64,000 bases of DNA from an uncultured Candidatus Saccharibacteria bacterium (GTDB taxonomy: Bacteria > Patescibacteriota > Dojkabacteria > J137), in assembly GCA_964607415.1 (NCBI GenBank), contig CAZSKK010000001.1:4190-68189 (forward strand). The letters are read 5' to 3'. Below the pieces are notes generated by a model, which was given only the letters and a program-made list of their open reading frames with translations, searched no databases and was not told where the DNA came from. The translations under genes and the position numbers were made by a program. Each line of letters starts with the position of its first letter. The first letter of the stretch is position 1. Below are positions 28,932 to 38,827 of this stretch, one piece after another.

Positions 28932-30167
28932 ATGGCCGACCAGCAAAATAATGAAGCATTTGTTCTTCCTTACGCACACAAGGATCATATTGCTTACATG
29001 CAAGGCCAACTTGATGAACAGATTCAAATAACAGCATATCACGGTTTTGCCATTCTAGATGGCACGTTGGTTCCATATTCACTTCAAAAAAATTCCCAGC
29101 AGGTAAATTTGGGTGAAGTTGTATTTGATTTAAAAGATTCCTCTTTATCACACTTAATGTCAGTTATTGACGCATTTAATAGGTTAGCTTTTTTTCAAAA
29201 AGTTCTTGAACTAAGTAAAACTGAAATTGCAAAACAAAGTGGTTCAGAAGATATGCGCCCTATCCATGGTAAGCTTTTAAATGATTTTTTAAGCTTATAT
29301 AATTTTGATCTAGAGACTCTTGGTGTTGGAAACGAAGCTCAGGAAAATCCAGGAAAATTCTTTCATCAAATGGTTATTGGTAGTGGTCTTTTTTACATGG
29401 AAGATTTTTTATTTTGCATCAAAACAGTTGTACATGATCAAATTATTAATCTTCCTAAAGAAAAAGTACAACAATTGAGAAAACTAATTCATGATGCCAG
29501 CGCAGTGATTAGTACTTATAGAATAGGGGTATCAATATTTAACGAATATCATAAGGCTCATCTTGCCCATGAAAAGTTTTTACATGCGTTTGAAGGCTTG
29601 AATTTTATAGTCAGGTATATAGCTTTAGAAAGTGATTTGAAAATTGAAATAGAACCTGATGCAACTGTCGGTTTTCTTATAAAAAATGCCACTAAATTTT
29701 ATTTGGATTCGGAAATACAATTAGAAATACATCCTGAATTAGAGCACCTTGTACTTGGTGAGAAAACTGCTTTCGATTTTTTTCATATTATTTTTAATCT
29801 AGTAAATAATGCGTGGAAATATTCACTTCACCCAGATATAAAAAGAGAATTCAATGTTGAATCTAGACCTATAGAAGTGAGGGTAGCATTAGAAGAAGAA
29901 ATTTTGAATATTGAAGTTACTGACTATGGATTGAATATAAATCAAGATGATTTCAGCAAAGTACTCGAAGGGGTTCAAGTACATAAAAGCAAACAAGGGT
30001 TTGAAAATATTCCGAGTACAGGAGAAGGTCTACGTGGTGTTGTTGACGTAATAAGTAAAATGGAAGGATCTATTATTATTGAAAAATTGGAAGAAGGTAA
30101 TGGTAAAAAATTTGTTGTCAAGCTTCCAATAAATGATCTTTTAAAAATCATTTCAGTTGAGGCGTAG
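28932..30167 (+). CDS. Cytoplasmic histidine kinase-like protein (HATPase_c), ends in EA
   Basis: N box NLVNNAWKYS, G1 V.DYG, G2 GEGL, G..F.V.LP; possible H box IHDA; no TM helix. Confidence 0.75.
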   Translation: MADQQNNEAFVLPYAHKDHIAYMQGQLDEQIQITAYHGFAILDGTLVPYSLQKNSQQVNLGEVVFDLKDSSLSHLMSVIDAFNRLAFFQKVLELSKTEIAKQSGSEDMRPIHGKLLNDFLSLYNFDLETLGVGNEAQENPGKFFHQMVIGSGLFYMEDFLFCIKTVVHDQIINLPKEKVQQLRKLIHDASAVISTYRIGVSIFNEYHKAHLAHEKFLHAFEGLNFIVRYIALESDLKIEIEPDATVGFLIKNATKFYLDSEIQLEIHPELEHLVLGEKTAFDFFHIIFNLVNNAWKYSLHPDIKREFNVESRPIEVRVALEEEILNIEVTDYGLNINQDDFSKVLEGVQVHKSKQGFENIPSTGEGLRGVVDVISKMEGSIIIEKLEEGNGKKFVVKLPINDLLKIISVEA

Positions 30168-30203
30168 TTGTTATTACCTTTTTTATAATCTAAAATCTTA
30201 AGT

Positions 30204-30914
30204 ATGTATTTTAAAACTGATTCTAAAATAATTGATTACAATAATGAACCGGATGTAACTGAAAGCTATAATCAAGGTTTTGTATTCACTCGTCTAGGTA
30301 AAGGGGAAATGATTCAAACCCGTTCTTTAAGAATTGATTTATCCGATTTTAAATTAACTTCAGAAAATAGGAGAATACTTAAAAAAGTTGAAGGTTTAAA
30401 GTTAAATGTTAAAAGTTTGCCTTTAAAAAATTATTCCTGGGAAATTCATAAGCTAGGCAAAGAATTTTATTCTACAAAATTTGGCGATAACACAATGAGT
30501 GCAGCGAAAATTAAAGAAATGTTTACGAGTAATGAAAGCTCCAATATGAATTTGACTATCAGTTATCAGCTATCAGCTATTGGTATAAAAACTCAAGCTG
30601 AAAGTCGAAAGCAGATAGCTGACGGCTATTGCTTATGCTATGCAAACTCTACTCTACTTCATTATGCTTACCCCTTTTACGATTTAGAAGTTGCAAAAAA
30701 ATTGCCCAATCTTGGATTAGGAATGATGATTAATGCAATTATTTGGGCAAGAGAAAATGGTAAAAAGTATTTTTATCTGGGATCAGTAGTTGATTCCTCC
30801 TCAAGGTATAAACTTCAATTCGAAAGCTTAGAATGGTGGAATACTCATACTGGTAAGTGGAGTACTGATATTTCTGAATTAAAAGTGCTTTTGGATACAG
30901 CTGGATCCATGTGA
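30204..30914 (+). CDS. ATE/Bpt-like aminoacyl-tRNA--protein transferase
   Basis: LRIDL..FK.T..RRILKK, Y.FYD..LG..I..A..GKKYFYLG..YK.QF..LE; lacks the N-terminal Cys ligands. Confidence 0.75.
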   Translation: MYFKTDSKIIDYNNEPDVTESYNQGFVFTRLGKGEMIQTRSLRIDLSDFKLTSENRRILKKVEGLKLNVKSLPLKNYSWEIHKLGKEFYSTKFGDNTMSAAKIKEMFTSNESSNMNLTISYQLSAIGIKTQAESRKQIADGYCLCYANSTLLHYAYPFYDLEVAKKLPNLGLGMMINAIIWARENGKKYFYLGSVVDSSSRYKLQFESLEWWNTHTGKWSTDISELKVLLDTAGSM

Positions 30915-31092
30915 GAATTTCGAATATTAATCACTTAGCATTACTTTGTCTATAGGTGGTTTTTGAGGGGGTTATATGTTTCCTTGACTATTTATGATAT
31001 AATTCTATTCAGTTGTCTTTATAGCCTTTAACCTTTTTAAAAAATTGGTTTATTGGTTAAAAAGTTCTATTTTATTTTTTTATGTTCAGTTA

Positions 31093-31398
31093 ATGAAAAA
31101 ATTGTTCGTTGGTGGTCTATCTTGGGGTACCACAGAAGAATCCCTAAGAGAATTTTTAACAGAGAAAGGTTATAAGCTAGAAGATAGCGAATATGCTGTA
31201 AAAATTGTTAAAGATAGAGAGTCTGGAAGATCAAAAGGTTTCGGTTTCGTAACTTTTGATTCAGAGGAAGAAGCTGAGAGAGCTCAAAAAGAGCTTGATG
31301 GTGTTGAATTTGATGGTAGAACATTAAAGTTCGACATGGCTAGAGAATCTGCTCCTGGACAAAATGGTCCAAGAAGAGATTTCAGACCAAGAAACTAA
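31093..31398 (+). CDS. RRM-domain RNA-binding protein
   Basis: RNP2 KLFVGGL, RNP1 KGFGFVTF, DRESGRS. Confidence 0.95.
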   Translation: MKKLFVGGLSWGTTEESLREFLTEKGYKLEDSEYAVKIVKDRESGRSKGFGFVTFDSEEEAERAQKELDGVEFDGRTLKFDMARESAPGQNGPRRDFRPRN

Positions 31399-31413
31399 AT
31401 TTCCTAGAAATTT

Positions 31414-31460
31414 AGAACGGTAGATTATTTAGGCTTTATGCTTAACGTCTACCGTTTTTT
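31414..31460 (+). terminator. Intrinsic terminator after the RRM gene
   Basis: aacggtaga..tctaccgtt followed by a T run. Confidence 0.7.
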
Positions 31461-31502
31461 ATATGAATTTTTTGATTAGGTAAAAATTTGTAAATTAAAA
31501 AC

Positions 31503-32000
31503 TTGAATAAACATTCAGCTACTGAAACAAATCAACCTGATTTTATTGATACTACTCTTCCTTCTTTTAATGTGCCTGTTCATCCCAATCATGCAATTTT
31601 TTACTGGGCAAGAAAACTCTCAAAAGCAGATTACAACAAAACGGTTGAGAATGATGTATTAGTAGATTTAATATTGGATTTAGATTACATATTTGACGAA
31701 TGTATATGGCAGGAGGGCAAAATTTTCTCTAAATTGCTTTCAACTGTTCAGATGCAAGAAATGTTTATATTAATTGATACTTTCGCAAAAGAAATGCAAA
31801 TACGCCCCGATATATTGTCCAAATCGTTATGCTTATACGGTAATTATTTAAGACAATGGTCGAATCTTGAAGAATCTAAAAATTGGTGGAAATATGTTTA
31901 TGCTGGAGCTTTGTTTATTCCCAATGATTTTAAATTTGAGTTTACTCCTCAGAAGAAGCGGTTTTCTCGAATTGCCCATTTATTTTCTCATGAATCCTAG
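31503..32000 (+). CDS. Hypothetical protein
   Basis: 165-aa ORF, TTG start, overlaps the convergent gene end. Confidence 0.55.
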   Translation: MNKHSATETNQPDFIDTTLPSFNVPVHPNHAIFYWARKLSKADYNKTVENDVLVDLILDLDYIFDECIWQEGKIFSKLLSTVQMQEMFILIDTFAKEMQIRPDILSKSLCLYGNYLRQWSNLEESKNWWKYVYAGALFIPNDFKFEFTPQKKRFSRIAHLFSHES

Positions 32001-32205
32001 TTTCAATATCCAAAAGTAATTCCTGGAAGTATTCTCCCTCAATCCCATGCAAACTTGCGCCATCTTCAAGTGTATCAAATTCTGCAAACATGCAGTTTGC
32101 GCAGTGAAATCCGTACTCTAAAGTTAAAATTTCCTCTAAAAACGGATAATCTTCTAAGAGTTTTGTGATACTAATTTGAGGATCAATTTTAATGTTTTGG
32201 GACAT
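31942..32205 (-). CDS. DUF1858 / hybrid-cluster-associated redox disulfide domain protein
   Basis: I..LLE.YP..YGFHCANC..DTLEDGA.LHG. Confidence 0.85.
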   Translation of the reverse strand: MSQNIKIDPQISITKLLEDYPFLEEILTLEYGFHCANCMFAEFDTLEDGASLHGIEGEYFQELLLDIETRIHEKINGQFEKTASSEE

Positions 32206-32282
32206 GCAAAAACTTTAAAAATCAAGTATTATTATAGATGAATGTGTGCTGTTTATTATATCATAGCCATTGAATTCTACTT

Positions 32283-34109
32283 ATGAAGCGTGTTTTTAAG
32301 GTAGTTTTAGCAACAATACTCCTCATATTTGTTTTTTGTGGTTTTTACTTCCTGTTTCAGTACTTTTCTTTTGATCCTAAAGATATTAAGTTTCATACAA
32401 CTTCCACAAAAGTATTGGATAAAGAAGGTCAGCTTTTATATGAAATTTCTAAAGATAATGCTGTTAAAAATACCCCTATTGAATATTCCGCTTTACCACA
32501 ACATTGTGTAGATGCCTTAGTAGCAACAGAAGATAAAACATTTTGGAATAATATAGGAGTTGATTTAAATGGAACAATAAGATTGGGTATTAGCATTGCA
32601 ACTCTTAATTCTTATTCCAGTGGTGGAAGCACTATCTCCCAGCAAGTTATTAAACTTTCTGATTTATCAATTTATAATCGAACTCCAATTGATAAATTAA
32701 ATGAAATACCAAAAGCTTTAAAATTAAATCAATACTACTCAAAAGAAGATATTATCTTAATGTATTTTAACAATGCATATTTTGGTAATTTAAACTATGG
32801 GATAGAATCTGCAAGCCAGGATTATTTTGATAAGCAAACTAAAGATTTAAGTATTGCTGAGTGCACTTATCTTGTTGGGTTGCCTCAGGCACCAAGTATT
32901 TATAATCCATATGGCGATTTGAATGCAGGAAGATCCAGGCAGAAGCTTGTTTTGGAGTCAATGTTTAGAGATGGATACATTTCAGAAGCGCAGATTAATG
33001 GAATATTTAATACAAGCCTTGAATTTAAATTGAATAATTTTGAGGTCAGGGCACCACACTTTATTCAATTTTTGCAGGATAATCTTGAAATTAAAACGGA
33101 TAATACTGCGAAATTTATAGACATGGATGATAGTTTAGAAGCAATAGATTGGAGCCAATCCTATAGTGTAGATACTTATTATGATTACTCTTTGCATTCA
33201 GCCTTGATCAATAAATTAAACGAATTTGTAATCCAATATCAAGATAAAAATTTAAATAATGCCTCGGCATTTGTGATTGGAAAAAATAATGAAGTGGTGA
33301 CAATGATAGGGAGTATAAACTTCTTTGATGATTCAATTGATGGCAAATTTAATTCAAGTACTGGATTTAGACAACCAGGTAATTTGTACATACCGATTGT
33401 ATATTCATTTGGATTAGAAAAGGGATACTTGCTTTCGGACACGATCAATAATGCACCATTCACTATGAATGTCAAAAGTGGTCAGAATAGCCAGTTTGAA
33501 AAAGTAGAAGTAAATAATTCTAAAAAAACTTCACCTATGAGCTTTTCAACTATTGAATCAGCAATTAAAAATAATTTAAATATTCCTGCAACAATGATTA
33601 TACAGGGCAAAACACCCGAGGAATTCAAAGATTATCTTAAAACACTACCGATTTCTATGGGTTCAAAAAATCAGCTGGAAAGTTTTCGGAATTATTGCAA
33701 TGAAATTTTGACCCAAGAAGGTTGTGAAGTTTCGCTAATGGATTTAGTGATTTTATACAACGGATTGAAAAATAATGGTAATTTTAAATCTTTGAAATTT
33801 ATTAAAGAGGTGAAAACCCTGAATGGAAATGTAGTTTGGCAGCAGGATCTTAACCTTGATCCAGTTGATAGATTAAATGAGGAAAGTTTTACGTTAGTGA
33901 ATAGCCTACTTGAAAGAAACAGTAATAGTTGGTTTTGGTTAGAAGGAAGAGTTAGAAATAATAAAGATTATATGTTAATAGGTTTTAATGAAAATTATAC
34001 TATAGGAATTTGGCTTGGAAATACAAAAGGGAACGAATTATTAAGTTACGATACAATAAAATTACCGGTTGAAAATATTGAAGAGTTGTTTCTAAATATG
34101 ATAAATTGA
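32283..34109 (+). CDS. Class A PBP-like protein with intact transglycosylase and degenerate transpeptidase
   Basis: GT51 motifs EDKTF, GGSTISQQ..K, K..E, Y.N..YFG, G..A..YF; TP motifs SxxK, SxN and KTG appear as NLYI, NLN and LEG. Confidence 0.88.
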   Translation: MKRVFKVVLATILLIFVFCGFYFLFQYFSFDPKDIKFHTTSTKVLDKEGQLLYEISKDNAVKNTPIEYSALPQHCVDALVATEDKTFWNNIGVDLNGTIRLGISIATLNSYSSGGSTISQQVIKLSDLSIYNRTPIDKLNEIPKALKLNQYYSKEDIILMYFNNAYFGNLNYGIESASQDYFDKQTKDLSIAECTYLVGLPQAPSIYNPYGDLNAGRSRQKLVLESMFRDGYISEAQINGIFNTSLEFKLNNFEVRAPHFIQFLQDNLEIKTDNTAKFIDMDDSLEAIDWSQSYSVDTYYDYSLHSALINKLNEFVIQYQDKNLNNASAFVIGKNNEVVTMIGSINFFDDSIDGKFNSSTGFRQPGNLYIPIVYSFGLEKGYLLSDTINNAPFTMNVKSGQNSQFEKVEVNNSKKTSPMSFSTIESAIKNNLNIPATMIIQGKTPEEFKDYLKTLPISMGSKNQLESFRNYCNEILTQEGCEVSLMDLVILYNGLKNNGNFKSLKFIKEVKTLNGNVVWQQDLNLDPVDRLNEESFTLVNSLLERNSNSWFWLEGRVRNNKDYMLIGFNENYTIGIWLGNTKGNELLSYDTIKLPVENIEELFLNMIN

Positions 34110-34233
34110 AGGTGGAAAGTTTTTTTAGTAATGATTCTTGTTTTAGACAACAATTTCAGGTATTTCTCCTTTTCTTTCACCCAAAGCTTAAACATCAAAC
34201 GTACTAATTATTCTAGATATTATTTCGTCGCAT

Positions 34234-34650
34234 ATGTCAGATCAAACCGTTATCACCAGGCCCGATGTTCTACATTTAAATCTAGACTGTCAGTCAGACA
34301 ATATATTTGATAGCTTTGGTTCAGAAGCGATTGTCGTTGAAAATAGAATATGTGTTACAAAAGTTATAGATATGGAAAGAATATTTTTTAATTCTACAAT
34401 AAGCGAAGTTATGGCAAAACTGGGAAAAGCTGTTTCGGAATTACATACTATCTTTAAATTGCCTGTTGTCGTTACTTTAGATTTCGAGAATAATAAAAAG
34501 TTAACAATGTTACCTTCAATTATAAAAGAAATCAGAAGGCTAGATCATCATTGCACATCAAGTGGCATTGGAAGCATACAGTTAAAAATGCCACAACATT
34601 ACTTTTTTCCACCATACGAAAGCTTGCCTGGCTTAGGTAAAGAAGCGTAG
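34234..34650 (+). CDS. Hypothetical protein, possibly STAS-like (ends in EA)
   Basis: VVVTLDF followed by helix and G..I.L resembles STAS topology. Confidence 0.55.
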   Translation: MSDQTVITRPDVLHLNLDCQSDNIFDSFGSEAIVVENRICVTKVIDMERIFFNSTISEVMAKLGKAVSELHTIFKLPVVVTLDFENNKKLTMLPSIIKEIRRLDHHCTSSGIGSIQLKMPQHYFFPPYESLPGLGKEA

Positions 34651-35014
34651 CCCAAATAAGGTTTTGTCAAAAACTAGAAAAATATTATAGGAATGTTGTC
34701 GCTTGAAAATGGCAAACATAGGGGGTTATTTGCATTTTATATATCGTTTATTTACATAAAATTCCCTATTGTATTTACATATAACTTGATCGTATTGTGA
34801 ACTTATGCTAAAAATATTGAGCATGAAACATGACATTGTCATATTCAGAGTGATAAGAAGTTCAAAATCCTAAAAACCCAACACATGAAGAACATAGTGC
34901 CCTCAAGGCTTTTAAACAAAAAAGCTGTAAATTCCCTGATTCTGTATATAACTACGTCTTACCAAATCCCTTCAAATTTTGAAGGTAATATTTTTTATTT
35001 TTTAATTTTCAAGT

Positions 35015-35533
35015 ATGAGTTACGAAAATAGTGTAGATGAAGTAACACCGTTCATGAAAGAACTGATAGGTACGGGTGAATTCACATTAATAGATTTACC
35101 ACAAGATCCTAACATAAATGCTGCATATGGTACTAAAGGCTTGGAATACAATGGTGTAACATTGATATTTGCTGAAGGGGAAGCCGGAGGTGTTACAGGA
35201 GTTACGAAAAGGAAAGACTTGCAACTTCCAGCTATGCAAAAATTCCATGAGCTAGGAATACCTTTTGTAAACGTTGTTAGATATAGAGGAGCAGCTGGAA
35301 TAGGAGAGGGAACCAGTATGCATGATTTAGGACAGATGTTGACACTTCCGGTTACTACGCTTGCTGACGTTGGACCAAGTTTGGATGCAATAGGAAGAAT
35401 TTTAAAGATGGTTGCGAGAGTTCCACAGTGGAAGCTTTTGAAGTTTGATCCTGAAAAGGATTCGAACGATCCAAAGACAGGATTTACTTCAATGCTAAGA
35501 CATGCTCTTGAGCAGTATAAAAAAGAAGCTTAA
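35015..35533 (+). CDS. Hypothetical protein, probable paralogue of 35567-36091 (ends in EA)
   Basis: F..EL.G.G..LP..P..A..G..G shared with the next ORF. Confidence 0.7.
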   Translation: MSYENSVDEVTPFMKELIGTGEFTLIDLPQDPNINAAYGTKGLEYNGVTLIFAEGEAGGVTGVTKRKDLQLPAMQKFHELGIPFVNVVRYRGAAGIGEGTSMHDLGQMLTLPVTTLADVGPSLDAIGRILKMVARVPQWKLLKFDPEKDSNDPKTGFTSMLRHALEQYKKEA

Positions 35534-35566
35534 AATTGATTTAGAAACCTAGTATAATAAGTATTT

Positions 35567-36091
35567 ATGCCTACCCTAACAAATATAACCTCAAGATCTG
35601 TTAAAGACCTTGTAAAAAAAGATCGCAATAAATTTTTAGAAGAGCTTAAAGGTATGGGCTACGAAATTGTAGCCCTACCTCCAAATCCTATTGTTAAAGC
35701 CTGCTTTGGAAGGTTTGGAGCTTTAAAGAACAAAAAGCTTGTCATTTATACAGGATTGACTGCTTTACAGATGGCTGATTCTGAAAATATTAACTTGCGA
35801 TTTGACCAACTTGATATTGCTTTAAGAAAGGTTTCGAGACGTAATAAACAAATTATTATGGTTGGAAACTATAGTGGCGGACTAACTTCTCTACCCTACG
35901 GCGCTATGATGAATGGTTTGAAACAAATGAGAATGAATTTTTTGATTCAAGTTTTTGCAGATCCAGGTGAGCAAAATTTTTATTTAAAGGAGCTCGCTAA
36001 GACTTTGACACAAATGACTCATAAGCTTACAATAGTTGACTTAAAAGAAGGTTTTCCAGAAAAACTCGACAAGTTTGTTTTGGGAAAATAG
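35567..36091 (+). CDS. Hypothetical protein, probable paralogue of 35015-35533
   Basis: Same N-terminal pattern and similar length (174 vs 172 aa). Confidence 0.7.
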   Translation: MPTLTNITSRSVKDLVKKDRNKFLEELKGMGYEIVALPPNPIVKACFGRFGALKNKKLVIYTGLTALQMADSENINLRFDQLDIALRKVSRRNKQIIMVGNYSGGLTSLPYGAMMNGLKQMRMNFLIQVFADPGEQNFYLKELAKTLTQMTHKLTIVDLKEGFPEKLDKFVLGK

Positions 36092-36094
36092 CTT

Positions 36095-37660
36095 TTACGC
36101 TTCTACATAAACTTGACTGAAACTATTCATCTTGCTTTTCTTTTCATCCATGATCTCTTTTATTATTTGCTTAATAACATTTTTGGCATCCTTTGTGTCG
36201 AAATCTGCTCCTTTATCGTATAGTTTTTCGCACAGTTTGCGAAAATTATCTATAGTATCGAAAAACAAAGGATCGGTAAATTCAAGCATTCCGAGTGCTT
36301 CATGACCAATTCTTGAAAGTTCAAGGGTTCTAAGCTTTAGTTGCAAAAGAAAGTCAGCCAGTGTTAACTGTTGTTGCGTGATATAATCAAGCGCGGTATT
36401 TTCTTCCCCAGTGCTAAGATCTTTGATATATGCATAAAAAAGCCTTCTAGTTTCATCGTTCTGCAATTCAAGCAGTTTTAAAAATTCATTTCTAACTTTT
36501 GCTAATGGTTTTAGTTTATATAAGTCTTTTGCGCGTTCTTCTAAAGATTTAAATTGCGCATCAATTTCTAAATTATCTCTTAGCAATAGCCCACCCAAAT
36601 CGTTTGAAAGTCGTATGTACATACCGGATGCTTCTACACTTGGTTGAATACTATCATCATAGTTAAATTGTTCCGCATTCTTCCTAAATTCCATGTTTCC
36701 TACTGCAAAAGTCAAAAAAACAGCTGCGTAAGTGTAATTAGTTAAAATTTCTTTGGTTCTTATTTGCAAAATTATTTGGGAATCATCTTTAGGTGCATGC
36801 CTTAGTTCAATCTGTGATGCATATCTTTCAACCAACGATTGCATTCCTCTTTGTGCAATTTTTCCGATTATGCCACTTTCACTTGAATATCTTTGCATTG
36901 TGTCGTAGGCTTTTTTAGAAGCATAAAGATTTATAAATAGCAAAGCTGGGACAAGCTTAAAATTCAATTCTTTGCCAATTTTATTTTCAATTAATTTTTC
37001 TAAAAGTGCTTGTTTTAAAATGCTGCCTACTTTAAAAACTGCTCTAAGTTTTTTCCCTCCCAATTCCAGTAAAAAATCTTTTACGGCATTACTTAAATAT
37101 TCATTTTTATTTTCAATTCGAGCTAAAAGCACATTTCCGAAGTGTTGCAGAATGTTTTCTGATAGCAATCCTTCTTCGTTTAAATTGTCTGAAATTATTT
37201 CCGTCAGATGTTGAACAACTAGTGAACCAAGGATTGTAAATACATCAGGACTGTTAAAAAACTCTTTGTTTTTGTCCAATGTCATAGAAATAATTACACC
37301 TGCTAATTGTGTTATTCCATCATGTCCTTCTATGTACTCTTGGAGTTTTGAAACAAACTTACCTTTTTTGCCTTGATTTCTTTCTTTTAAGTATTCAAAT
37401 TCTTCAGGAAGTGCTTCGTTGCAAAGTGCTAGAAATTGTTCGGATATAAAGCTTTCTATTAGTCTGGTATATGCGTCTGGGTTTTCGCCAACAGTATTTT
37501 CTGGTATTTGATCAATTGCATTTATGAAGTGTATGTACTCTTTGGATTCTAATATTTCATTGAGAAAGTCTATCTCTATGGGATTAGTAGGCTCTGTGTC
37601 GTCAGGGGATTGGTGTGAAATTGGAGAATACAAGTCATTTTTATTTGCTGTAGATGACAT
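36095..37660 (-). CDS. All-alpha protein with possible class I terpene synthase-like C-terminal region (ends in EA)
   Basis: IRLSNDLGG..KDLSTGEEN resembles the NSE/DTE region; no clear DDxxD. Confidence 0.55.
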   Translation of the reverse strand: MSSTANKNDLYSPISHQSPDDTEPTNPIEIDFLNEILESKEYIHFINAIDQIPENTVGENPDAYTRLIESFISEQFLALCNEALPEEFEYLKERNQGKKGKFVSKLQEYIEGHDGITQLAGVIISMTLDKNKEFFNSPDVFTILGSLVVQHLTEIISDNLNEEGLLSENILQHFGNVLLARIENKNEYLSNAVKDFLLELGGKKLRAVFKVGSILKQALLEKLIENKIGKELNFKLVPALLFINLYASKKAYDTMQRYSSESGIIGKIAQRGMQSLVERYASQIELRHAPKDDSQIILQIRTKEILTNYTYAAVFLTFAVGNMEFRKNAEQFNYDDSIQPSVEASGMYIRLSNDLGGLLLRDNLEIDAQFKSLEERAKDLYKLKPLAKVRNEFLKLLELQNDETRRLFYAYIKDLSTGEENTALDYITQQQLTLADFLLQLKLRTLELSRIGHEALGMLEFTDPLFFDTIDNFRKLCEKLYDKGADFDTKDAKNVIKQIIKEIMDEKKSKMNSFSQVYVEA

Positions 37661-37843
37661 TGAGCGTTCAAATTTACTAGGAATCTTAACAGAGAGAAGT
37701 ATCTATTGTCAAAGAAATTTTATAAAATTCGCAAAAACTTTAAAGTTGTATTGGGGCTGCTTTTTTGAGTAGTAATAATTTTATTGACTACTTTAACTCC
37801 TCCCTTTAAAATTAAATATATCTTAATTTTTATTCCACCCCTT

Positions 37844-38410
37844 ATGCTTAAGGTACAAAAGGCCTTTTCGTTGGTTTTGGTTCCAATGCTTGCCGTAGTT
37901 AGTTTTGCTGCGGTAATTTTCCCTTCTAAAGCTTATGCTCAAGAACTACCGCCACCTGTGACTGCGTACTCAAGTATTTCGGTAAAAGTTGATGGGGTAA
38001 GTAGCACTACGCTTTACGATTTTGTAACTGATCTACAAAACGACCCATTATGGTTTCCAAATGTCGAAGAAACCCAAGTTGTAAATCCAGGTGGTCCAAA
38101 CGGTGTTGGTAAAGTTTACATTCAAAGAAGTTACTTTAATGGAATCCCTTTAGATTCTACTGTTGAAGTTAAATCGGCGTACAGACCATGGTATTACTAC
38201 ATTGAAGGAGCTGGGCCAGTTGCAACTTACAAAGCTTTGTATACATTCTACCCGACATGGCAAGGAGGTGTATTCACACTAACTACGCAGTTTACTGCAC
38301 CAGGCATTGATGAACCAAGTCTAACTTATCTTTTAAATACAGCAATGCAAAACATTTTGACACATTACAATACAACTGGAACTATAACTATGAACTTTCT
38401 TTACATATAA
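37844..38410 (+). CDS. Secreted SRPBCC/polyketide-cyclase-like protein
   Basis: Signal peptide ending AYA; LYDFVTDL.NDP.WFP.V SRPBCC motif. Confidence 0.75.
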   Translation: MLKVQKAFSLVLVPMLAVVSFAAVIFPSKAYAQELPPPVTAYSSISVKVDGVSSTTLYDFVTDLQNDPLWFPNVEETQVVNPGGPNGVGKVYIQRSYFNGIPLDSTVEVKSAYRPWYYYIEGAGPVATYKALYTFYPTWQGGVFTLTTQFTAPGIDEPSLTYLLNTAMQNILTHYNTTGTITMNFLYI

Positions 38411-38421
38411 CTTTTACGCAA

Positions 38422-38451
38422 TCCGTCCTAAGCATTGCGCTTAGGACGGAT
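38422..38451. terminator. Palindrome between convergent genes
   Basis: atccgtcctaagc-attgc-gcttaggacggat. Confidence 0.7.
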
Positions 38452-38495
38452 ACGTAAATATAAGAGTGAGCGAATCTGTAATTGTTAATTGTCTG

Positions 38496-38747
38496 CTATA
38501 TTTTCTTCACAATTTTAATCAAAACCAGCAATATCATAGCTCCAATTACCCCTACAATAATATCCCCAAGAAGATTTTCTGGGAAGAAGCCAAGGCTTTT
38601 AAAAATATATCCACCTGTAAAACCACCAAGAATTCCAACCAATGTATCACCAAAAATACCAAATCCCCTACCCCTCACCAAAAAACCTGCAATGTATCCA
38701 GAAATAAGTCCAACAAGTAGGAACGTTAAGAGTGTTAATAAACTCAT
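38496..38747 (-). CDS. GlsB/YeaQ/YmgE (transglycosylase-associated) membrane protein
   Basis: GLISGYIAG..G.G.G..G..VG.LG..GG, V.GA..LL. Confidence 0.9.
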   Translation of the reverse strand: MSLLTLLTFLLVGLISGYIAGFLVRGRGFGIFGDTLVGILGGFTGGYIFKSLGFFPENLLGDIIVGVIGAMILLVLIKIVKKI

Positions 38748-38827
38748 AAAAAAGACTATAAGATGTAATACAATTATTCTATCATAAATTTTAAGGCAAT
38801 AAATTCATCTATGAGCTGAATTCTCAG

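Noticed and set aside
34651-35014. Long spacer with small ORFs (MKHDIVIFRVIRSSKS) and a ccttcaaa/tttgaagg hairpin as a riboswitch or attenuator
   Set aside because: No terminator/antiterminator pair or known riboswitch core could be identified.
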